From: Desulfurococcales archaeon
GTDB lineage: Archaea; Thermoproteota; Thermoprotei_A; Sulfolobales; NBVN01
DNA length: 64,000 nucleotides
Assembly (NCBI GenBank): GCA_027023255.1
Contig: JALVVU010000007.1
Location: forward strand, 6,888 to 70,887
Direction: 5' to 3'
Of the stretch, positions 56,887-64,000 are shown one piece after another. The number at the start of each line of letters is the position of its first letter. Positions within the stretch are counted from its first letter, which is position 1. Under the pieces are notes generated by a model. It searched no databases, was not told the origin of the DNA, and saw nothing but the letters and a program-made list of their open reading frames with translations. The translations under genes and the position numbers were made by a program.

Positions 56887-57642
56887 TTACACCACGTAAA
56901 CCATCATGCCATCATACGATACGTAAACGTTGTCCCACCGTTCCCTCACGTACTTAACCAACCTACTGAAGGGTAAGTTCCTGTGGGATATATGCGTTAG
57001 GATTATTTCCTCAGCCCCTATTCTCTCGCCTATCTCAACCGCTTCGTCCACGTTATTGTGTTTAGGGTCGTGAGAACCGGGTGCTGTCGTGGCGTCAATT
57101 AGGGCAACCCTGACCCCCTTCTTCTTAAGTAGCTCCTCAGTTTCCTTAGGCAACAGCTTGGTGTCATAGAGAATAGCTATGTTTTCCTTCCTACCCACCT
57201 CAATTAAGTAGCCGAAGGTCTCGATGGTATGGTTAAGGGGGAGGGGCGTAACCTCCATGTCACCTAAGTCAATTTTCTCGAAGGGCTTAACGTACCTAAT
57301 GCGTAAGCTCTTGGGGAAGTGCCTTATCTCAGGGTCAACATCGCCTGAAGGAGCGTACAGGTCTACAGGCTTCTCGATCCACCTGAACTTATAGAGACCT
57401 GCTATGTGGTCGTGATGCCAATGAGTTATCAGAACCGCGTCCAGATACATCTCCTCAACGTACTCGGATGCGTCCAAACTCATGTCAACCATTATCGAAG
57501 TACCGTAACTCGTTACAAAGACCGAGGCAGTACGCCTTTTAGCGAAGTGGTAGATGCGTGCTTCATTGCAAGCAGGACAAACACAACCTGGTACGGGAAC
57601 TCCCTCCGAACCTCCCGTTCCTATAAGGACAGCAACTAGCAT
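56887..57642 (-). CDS. PhnP-like metallo-beta-lactamase cyclic phosphodiesterase
   Basis: GTGGSEGVPVPGCVCPAC, THWHHDH, VTPLPLNH..TFGYL and ILTHISH match PhnP motifs. Confidence 0.8.
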   Translation of the reverse strand: MLVAVLIGTGGSEGVPVPGCVCPACNEARIYHFAKRRTASVFVTSYGTSIMVDMSLDASEYVEEMYLDAVLITHWHHDHIAGLYKFRWIEKPVDLYAPSGDVDPEIRHFPKSLRIRYVKPFEKIDLGDMEVTPLPLNHTIETFGYLIEVGRKENIAILYDTKLLPKETEELLKKKGVRVALIDATTAPGSHDPKHNNVDEAVEIGERIGAEEIILTHISHRNLPFSRLVKYVRERWDNVYVSYDGMMVYVV

Positions 57643-57840
57643 ATCCGCCTCACCTTTATAGAGGCCACATCATTTACCCCTCGTCAAGACATATACGTTT
57701 TTCTTTGTAAGAAGTTGAAAGTGTTGAGGGCGTTCCTTTTTAATATCATAAATGGGTGAGTCCTCATAGTTTATTGAAGTGAAACGTACTGCGCCCAAAT
57801 TATTTTAAGATTTGATAAAAACTTTTTAGGAATCGAGCGG

Positions 57841-59592
57841 GTGCTAGTAACGATGTCTAACAAGGGTAAGAACGTATTCGTTAGGTTGATTAAGTGCCTG
57901 CTAAGGAGGTGGCAATTACTGCTGGCATCCACTATTGCCGTTATTACTTACGCTTACACTGTTAGCTTGGGACCCCTGTTACTGAGGTATGCCATAGATT
58001 ATGGTGTTTCTAAAGGTGACCTCAACAATACGGTGAGGTACTCACTGATGATCCTTGGTGTGGTCGTCTTAGGTGGTTTATCTTGGTACGTAACTAGGGA
58101 CATGACTGCCCGCCTTTCTCAAGGACTCGCCCATGACTTAAGGGTTAAGGCTTTCGCCGCCGTGCATAAGCAGTCCATGGAGTTCTTCAATAAGGTTGCG
58201 GCTGGTCAGATAATCTCGAAAATCACTAACGACACGAATAGGTTAGCTAGGGTTCTTTCATGGCAGGTACGGAATGTGGTTAACCTATCATTCACTGCCG
58301 GCATCTCGCTGTACTACATGTTTACGATGAGTCCTAGGCTTTCTTATATTGTTTTGGTCGCGCTGGCTTTGATGGCCGCGGTGAATGCTAAATACACCAC
58401 GACTATTCGACCCATCTACGATACGATCAGGCAACAACTAGGGGTTCTCGCGTCCATAGTTACGAGCAACCTAAACGGAATTAAGACCGTGAAGTCCCTG
58501 ACCCTGGAGGAAACGGAAATAAGTAAGTTTAAAAAGGAGAACAACAAGTTCGCGGACTTAAACCTAAGGGCAGCTAAGGTAAGGGCCATCTACGGTAACG
58601 CGTCGCAGTTAATCCTAGGCATCTCGATGGCGTCTATACTCTACTACGGGGGATATGCAGTCTCCGCTGGCGCGCTGAGCGTCGGTGAGTTAACAGCATT
58701 CATAACGTACTTGTCGCTCCTAATGTGGCCCATGAGGGCCTTCGGCTTCATGCTTAGTGCGACACAGAGAGCGTTAGCCGCAGCTAGCAGAGTTTTTGAG
58801 ATAATAGACATGGGGAAGGCTTCCGAACAACGCAGGGGAAGGGTGAGGCCGGCATCGCTGAGGGGTGAGGTCGTATTTAACTCAGTAACGTTCTCCTACG
58901 TCAAGGGCAAGCCAGCACTTAAGAACGTCAGCTTCAGGGTTAGGCCTGGCGAGAAACTCCTCTTAGCCGGCCCTCCAGGCTCAGGGAAGTCCACGATACT
59001 CAAGCTCATACTCAGGTTCTATGAGCCTGACCACGGTAGTGTACAGATCGATGGCGTAGATGTTAGGGAAATGGATCTGGACCTGCTTAGAAGTATCGTT
59101 GCCTATGTTCCTCAAGAGCCATTCATATTCTCTGGTTCCATAAAGGAGAATATACTTTTCGGGAACCCGGACGCCAGCATGGATGACGTTATTAGGGTGG
59201 CTAAGATCGCTAAGATACATGACTTCATAGAGTCACTGCCTCAAGGCTACGACACGCTGGTGGGTGAGAGGGGCATTACCCTCTCAGGCGGTCAAAGACA
59301 GAGAATAGCTATAGCTAGAGCACTTCTCAAGGATCCGAGGATAATGTTGCTTGATGATCCCGTATCGAACCTAGATCTGGAGACAGAGCGTTACCTAGTT
59401 GAGGATCTCAAAGAGATCTTGAGGGGACGCACAGTAATCATGGTTAGTCAGCGACCGTCCTTAGCGACCCTAGCTGATCGGGTCATAGTTCTCGAGGATG
59501 GGAGGATTGTTGATGAGGGGACTCATGAGGAGCTCTTGAGGAGGAGCACGTCATACCGCAGGCTTTGGATCGCTGAGGAGGGAGGTGGTTAA
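57841..59592 (+). CDS. Heterodimeric ABC exporter, subunit with degenerate catalytic residues
   Basis: TMD plus GPPGSGKS, LSGGQ, Walker B LLDD and switch SQR. Confidence 0.9.
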   Translation: MLVTMSNKGKNVFVRLIKCLLRRWQLLLASTIAVITYAYTVSLGPLLLRYAIDYGVSKGDLNNTVRYSLMILGVVVLGGLSWYVTRDMTARLSQGLAHDLRVKAFAAVHKQSMEFFNKVAAGQIISKITNDTNRLARVLSWQVRNVVNLSFTAGISLYYMFTMSPRLSYIVLVALALMAAVNAKYTTTIRPIYDTIRQQLGVLASIVTSNLNGIKTVKSLTLEETEISKFKKENNKFADLNLRAAKVRAIYGNASQLILGISMASILYYGGYAVSAGALSVGELTAFITYLSLLMWPMRAFGFMLSATQRALAAASRVFEIIDMGKASEQRRGRVRPASLRGEVVFNSVTFSYVKGKPALKNVSFRVRPGEKLLLAGPPGSGKSTILKLILRFYEPDHGSVQIDGVDVREMDLDLLRSIVAYVPQEPFIFSGSIKENILFGNPDASMDDVIRVAKIAKIHDFIESLPQGYDTLVGERGITLSGGQRQRIAIARALLKDPRIMLLDDPVSNLDLETERYLVEDLKEILRGRTVIMVSQRPSLATLADRVIVLEDGRIVDEGTHEELLRRSTSYRRLWIAEEGGG

Positions 59593-59594
59593 GC

Positions 59595-61352
59595 ATGTAC
59601 TCTAAAGCGACTCTCTCTAGCGGCATCTCTAGTTGGGTTCTGCTGAAGCGCGTTATCCGAGACTTGCTTAGGTATAGGTTGCATGTGGCGTTGATAGTGA
59701 TCTCCATCTCGGCTTACACGCTCACAGGTTTGGCGGCTCCGTACATCTTAGGAACGATAATTGACAGGAATATCCTTGGGGGAGACTTAGCGGATCTCCC
59801 CTCGTCGGCGGCGCTCTACTTGCTTCTGATGTTGGGGCAGTGGGGGTCAATGACTGTTAATAGCTACGGGATCCAGATGATTGGGCAACTCTACCTAAGA
59901 AACCTTAGGGACACAGTATTTAGGAAGCTCCAGAGGTTATCGATGCGCTTCTACACTAAGCATAGGATAGGTGACCTCATTTCAGCCACGATTAATGATA
60001 CCTCAACACTTAACGACGTGCTCGTGTCCGGCATGTTATCGGTTGCCGGTAGTATGATTTCACTGGTGGGTGTGGTTGCTATGATGCTTTACTTAAGCCC
60101 GACGATGACCGCGGTTGCCCTGGTGAGTTTACCCGTGTTGGTGGTGATTGCTAAGGTGTTCGGAGCCAAGCTCAAGGAGGCTCACCGTAATGCGAGGAAA
60201 AGGGTTGCTGAAGCAACGATGGTTGTTGAGGAGTCAATAGCTGGTATTGAGACTATTAAGGCATTCGGCAGGGAGGCCGAGTTCCTGAGGGTCTTCTCCG
60301 GGATCTCCACAGAGACTTCGAAGGCCTATATCAGGATAGCTAGGCTTATGGGGTTATTCTGGCCTTCCATGGACGCGGCAGTCATGCTTTCAACGATACT
60401 AGTTCTGATTTACGGGGCTTACATGGTGTCCACGGGACTAATGAGCGTGGGTATGGTGGTGGCGTTCATTCAGTACGTAAATAGGTTCGGTCGACCAATA
60501 ACTCAATTCATAAACATGTACGACTCACTACAAGCAGCCGTCGCTGCCGCCGAGAGAATCTACGCTATCGTCGACTCACCCGAAGTTGAGGAAGAAGGCA
60601 AGATTGAGTTACCAAGGATTAGGGGTGAGGTCGAGTTCAGGGACGTTACTTTCGGGTACGATCCTACGAGACCTGTCCTTAAGGACGTAAACATGCGTAT
60701 AGCGCCAGGGGAGACCGTTGCTATAGTGGGTCACACCGGGGCCGGTAAGACGACATTAGTGAACCTACTTATGCGGTTCCACGAACCAAACCATGGCCAG
60801 ATACTCATTGACGGGATTGACCTAAGGGAAATCAAGCTCTCCTGCCTAAGACGCGTAATAAGCTACGTCCCTCAAGAAACGTACCTCTTCCCCGGAACGG
60901 TGCTGGACAACATAAAGCTTGGGAAACCGGACGCCAGCAATGAGGAAGTCATTGACGTCTGCCGTAAGCTAGGCATCGACGAATTCATACAGCGCCTACC
61001 AAAAGGCTACGAAACCGATGCCGGAGAGATGGGAAAGAAGCTTTCCTTGGGCGAAAAGCAACTAATAGCCATAGCAAGGGCGATGCTAAGGAACCCCCAC
61101 ATAGTAGTACTGGACGAAGCACTATCAAGCGTAGATCCCGGCACTGAAGCAATCGTGAGGAGAGCTATAAAGAGGCTCTTGAAAAACAAAACAGGGATAA
61201 TAATAGCACACCGACTAACCACAGCAAAAGAAGCCGACCGAATAATAGTGATGACCGAAGGAAGAATTACCGAGGAAGGAACACATCAAGAATTACTGAA
61301 AAAGAAAGGAACATACTATAGGTTATATACCTCCACGAATCAAAACACTTAA
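59595..61352 (+). CDS. Heterodimeric ABC exporter, second subunit
   Basis: TMD plus GHTGAGKT, signature LSLGE, LDEA and AHR. Confidence 0.9.
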   Translation: MYSKATLSSGISSWVLLKRVIRDLLRYRLHVALIVISISAYTLTGLAAPYILGTIIDRNILGGDLADLPSSAALYLLLMLGQWGSMTVNSYGIQMIGQLYLRNLRDTVFRKLQRLSMRFYTKHRIGDLISATINDTSTLNDVLVSGMLSVAGSMISLVGVVAMMLYLSPTMTAVALVSLPVLVVIAKVFGAKLKEAHRNARKRVAEATMVVEESIAGIETIKAFGREAEFLRVFSGISTETSKAYIRIARLMGLFWPSMDAAVMLSTILVLIYGAYMVSTGLMSVGMVVAFIQYVNRFGRPITQFINMYDSLQAAVAAAERIYAIVDSPEVEEEGKIELPRIRGEVEFRDVTFGYDPTRPVLKDVNMRIAPGETVAIVGHTGAGKTTLVNLLMRFHEPNHGQILIDGIDLREIKLSCLRRVISYVPQETYLFPGTVLDNIKLGKPDASNEEVIDVCRKLGIDEFIQRLPKGYETDAGEMGKKLSLGEKQLIAIARAMLRNPHIVVLDEALSSVDPGTEAIVRRAIKRLLKNKTGIIIAHRLTTAKEADRIIVMTEGRITEEGTHQELLKKKGTYYRLYTSTNQNT

Positions 61353-61476
61353 GCTAAACATAACTTCTGAGAGAATTACACAAAACATTCTATCCATGAT
61401 AGCTACCTAACAGTGCCTCATGTTTGCATCAATGAATCGTATCCTGATAAGCTAATGGGAAGAAAATACTAGGAAG

Positions 61477-61564
61477 TGGCGCCGGGGGCGGGATTTGAAC
61501 CCGCGCGGGGGTGTACCCCACCGGCTTAGCAGGCCGGCGCCCTACCGGGCTAGGCGACCCCGGC
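61477..61564 (-). tRNA. tRNA-Ser(GCT); CCA encoded
   Basis: GCCGGGGTCGCCTAG...CCGGC CT GCT AA GCCGG, long variable arm, GTTCAAATCCCGCCCCCGGCGCCA. Confidence 0.97.
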
Positions 61565-61576
61565 TCCGTAAGGTTC

Positions 61577-61819
61577 TTACTTGAGCGGGGTTATAAGTGT
61601 TGTTAGTGTTTGAGTTATGGTTATTTCGAGTCCCTCGTCTAGGGCTTTTAGTTTTATTGCTTTTTGTGGGCATATTGCTTCGCAGCCGCGACAGTATATG
61701 CAGTTGTTTTCGTTTATTATTAGTTTCTGGTTCACTATCTGGAAAACATTTGTTGGGCAGGTTTCCTCGCATAGGCCGCACAGGTTGCAGTTATTGTTTA
61801 CCTTGACTTCCACTTTCAT
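61577..61819 (-). CDS. 2x[4Fe-4S] ferredoxin
   Basis: CNLCGLCEETCP and CIYCRGCEAICP. Confidence 0.9.
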   Translation of the reverse strand: MKVEVKVNNNCNLCGLCEETCPTNVFQIVNQKLIINENNCIYCRGCEAICPQKAIKLKALDEGLEITITQTLTTLITPLK

Positions 61820-62636
61820 GCCTTGCTTCCTCCCCCGTTATCGCTGCTTTGTAGGCTTCAGCCTCTTTCAGCCTTTCCCTGACAAGGGCTGCTAGCTTTG
61901 CTGGATCGACGGCGTGGACCCCATCATCGATTATTGCGTAAGGTACCCATAACGGATTAGTTGGTAATCCCCTCATTTTCTTGGCCATGAGTTGCTTCAG
62001 CGGTATGCCTAACTCTATTAGGTTTGGCTCTATGCGCGTCGCTATAACGCCGTCGACAAGATATTCTAGATGTGCCGCGAGCTCCTCTAGCACTGTGGTG
62101 TTAGTGTGTAGAATCATCACTATCGTGGCTCCCTTACCCTTAGATATTATTGCCCGCATCGACTTAATGAACTCTAATACCTGCATCATCTCAAAACGGA
62201 ACATTAACTCGTTTATCGAGTCAATAACAACGAGGCTAACAACGTCGTCACTAGCTGGCGGAACCTCCTCATGCAGGGCATAAAGCATGCTGTTCAGGTC
62301 GTCGAGACGCTGCTCCCTCGTAACGCCCTTCACTGCCCTCTTTAACTTACCTAACCTGAAGCTGAAGCAGTCAATTATCTTGAACTTGCCCTCATCAATG
62401 AACTTATCTAGCCCCCACCCAAAGTTCGTGAAGAGCTCTATTAGTGCGTCGGGAGAATCATCGAGGTTAACGTAGGTTACATAACCACCTCCCTTCAGCA
62501 CGTTCCACGCTATGTGCGCAGCCAAAACCGACTTACCTGTTCCCGGCGCCCCCGTGATAGCTACCGTGGCGCTTCTAGGGAAGCCTGCAGGTAACGCGTA
62601 ATCTAGGGGCTCAATACCTGTTTTGAATGCCTTAAT
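61791..62636 (-). CDS. KaiC/RAD55-family single-domain RecA-fold ATPase (inferred ATT start)
   Basis: FKTGIEPLD and Walker A GAPGTGKS lie upstream of the ORF-track start at 62525; IDCFS, VIDS, EYLVDG and KMRG motifs. Confidence 0.88.
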   Translation of the reverse strand: MKAFKTGIEPLDYALPAGFPRSATVAITGAPGTGKSVLAAHIAWNVLKGGGYVTYVNLDDSPDALIELFTNFGWGLDKFIDEGKFKIIDCFSFRLGKLKRAVKGVTREQRLDDLNSMLYALHEEVPPASDDVVSLVVIDSINELMFRFEMMQVLEFIKSMRAIISKGKGATIVMILHTNTTVLEELAAHLEYLVDGVIATRIEPNLIELGIPLKQLMAKKMRGLPTNPLWVPYAIIDDGVHAVDPAKLAALVRERLKEAEAYKAAITGEEARHESGSQGKQ

Positions 62637-62780
62637 GACCCATCACCCTCCTAGAAAGGACTTCTCACGTAAACTAACTTAACTACCTAGAATAAAACAC
62701 TAACTTCCAAGACGCGTCTATTGCATAGCTCAATGAATTATTAATTAAGCTCCCTAGGTTAGGTTAGTGGTGCTGTCATC

Positions 62781-63182
62781 TTGGGTAAGGTGATAGCGCT
62801 TAAGGTACCGGGTGGTGCCGACCCGATAAAGTTCCTTCAGGAGAAGATAAAGGAACTAGGACTTAAGCAGGGCTCCATAACCGGTGTGGGGGGCTTTAAG
62901 TGGGTTGAGGTTGGCGTGCTACGTAGGGAAGGAGGGTACGATGTAAAGCGTATGGAAGCCTCCGAAGAGTACTTCGTTGAGGTAGCTCCAGTCATAGGTA
63001 ATTACGTCACGCTACCCAACGGTGAGGTTTCGGTACACCTACACGTTACCGTAGGTAGGGAGCACGGTCTTACGTGGTGTGGTCACTTAGTTAGGGCCGA
63101 GACTTGGCCTTTCCTTGAACTCATCCTGTATGAGGCCGACAATGACGTACTAGCGGAATTCCCTCACCGCAAGGGTCGATAA
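62781..63182 (+). CDS. PPC-domain (DUF296) protein
   Basis: GVGG, IGN, HLHVT and GHL. Confidence 0.85.
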   Translation: MGKVIALKVPGGADPIKFLQEKIKELGLKQGSITGVGGFKWVEVGVLRREGGYDVKRMEASEEYFVEVAPVIGNYVTLPNGEVSVHLHVTVGREHGLTWCGHLVRAETWPFLELILYEADNDVLAEFPHRKGR

Positions 63183-63185
63183 GCA

Positions 63186-64000
63186 ATGGATGACGAGCAC
63201 TTCAAAGTATGCGTGGTTGGGGGCGGACTAGCAGGCCTATCCGTAGCTAAGTACCTGGTGGAACTAGGGCTGAAGAGTGTGATAGTGCTTGAAGCGAGCG
63301 ATCGGGTTGGGGGACTACTTAAGTCGGAGGACGTAAGTGAGTACGTGTTTGACATGGGCGGTTCACACATAATGTTTAGCAAAAACCCTGAAGTTTTGGC
63401 GGAAATGACTGCCCTACTTAACGGTAACGTGATCTACCATAGACGCAACACCAAAATATACTACAAGGGCAGGTTCGTTAAGTACCCATTCGAGAATGGT
63501 CTCAAGGACCTCCCACCAGAGGAAAGGTACGAATGCTTGAAGGGGGTGCTAGACGCCTACATCGCGAGGCTAACTGGGAGGGCTAGGGAACCACGCAACT
63601 TCCTTGAGTGGATAAAGTACGTGTTCGGGGAGGCGATCGCCTCCAAGTACCTGATACCGTACAACAAGAAGATCTGGAAGACAAGCCTAGATAAGATCTC
63701 CCTAGACTGGGTTGGTGGGCGTGTGCCAAACCCTCCGCTGGACGACGTCATCAAGGCCGCGGTAGGGCTGGATGTGGAGGGGTATAAACACCAGTTAAAC
63801 TTCTGCTATCCGCGCGAGGGTGGCATAGAGGCCTTAGCAAGGTCGCTAGCTCGGCTGCTTAGGGTGAATGGAGCTGTGGTAAGAGTTAACACACCAGTAA
63901 CCTCTGTAGAGCGCTCGCCGCATAATGACCTAATCGAGGTGAGTTCAGAGGAATTCACGGTTAAGTGTGAGTGCGTGGTATATACGTCCCCACTGAACAG
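63186..64000 (+). CDS. FAD-dependent oxidoreductase (protoporphyrinogen oxidase / UDP-galactopyranose mutase-like), runs off the window edge
   Basis: Manual translation: MDDEHFKVCVVGGGLAGLS...LEASDRVGGLLKS...FDMGGSHIMF...YPFEN...PYNKKIW. Confidence 0.85.
   Translation, partial: MDDEHFKVCVVGGGLAGLSVAKYLVELGLKSVIVLEASDRVGGLLKSEDVSEYVFDMGGSHIMFSKNPEVLAEMTALLNGNVIYHRRNTKIYYKGRFVKYPFENGLKDLPPEERYECLKGVLDAYIARLTGRAREPRNFLEWIKYVFGEAIASKYLIPYNKKIWKTSLDKISLDWVGGRVPNPPLDDVIKAAVGLDVEGYKHQLNFCYPREGGIEALARSLARLLRVNGAVVRVNTPVTSVERSPHNDLIEVSSEEFTVKCECVVYTSPLN

Noticed and set aside
57841..61352. Degenerate ABC motifs as a sign of pseudogenisation
   Set aside because: The pattern is the normal asymmetric nucleotide site of TmrAB/TM287-288-type heterodimers.
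61791..62636. Circadian KaiC clock
   Set aside because: Single-domain archaeal KaiC-like ATPase with no KaiA or KaiB.

Overview
Gene-dense chromosomal window from a hyperthermophilic crenarchaeon, most consistent with Thermoproteota/Desulfurococcales: GGTGA Shine-Dalgarno motifs, frequent TTG starts, BHB-intron tRNAs, Tes, SerK and form III RuBisCO. It holds about 63 CDS (mostly housekeeping and metabolic), 5 tRNA genes (Pro-TGG, Pro-CGG and Leu-CAA with introns; Thr-CGT; Ser-GCT) and 4 candidate C/D-box guide sRNAs. I saw no CRISPR array, transposase, integrase or provirus. Most notable: (1) three genes whose conserved N-termini lie upstream of any ATG/GTG/TTG and that appear to start at CTG or ATT exactly 6 nt after a GGTGA SD; (2) a possible cell-cycle/regulatory locus with an aCcr1-like RHH gene, a second RHH gene and a divergent DUF2226/PATAN-like + pseudokinase gene sharing a repeat-rich promoter; (3) a membrane protein / helical protein / SPFH-zinc-ribbon cluster between the lipid genes GGR and Tes; (4) tRNA 5' leaders complementary to the encoded NCCA ends; (5) an orphan PhnP homolog that could feed form III RuBisCO. 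All family calls come from recognising motifs by eye; no database search was run.
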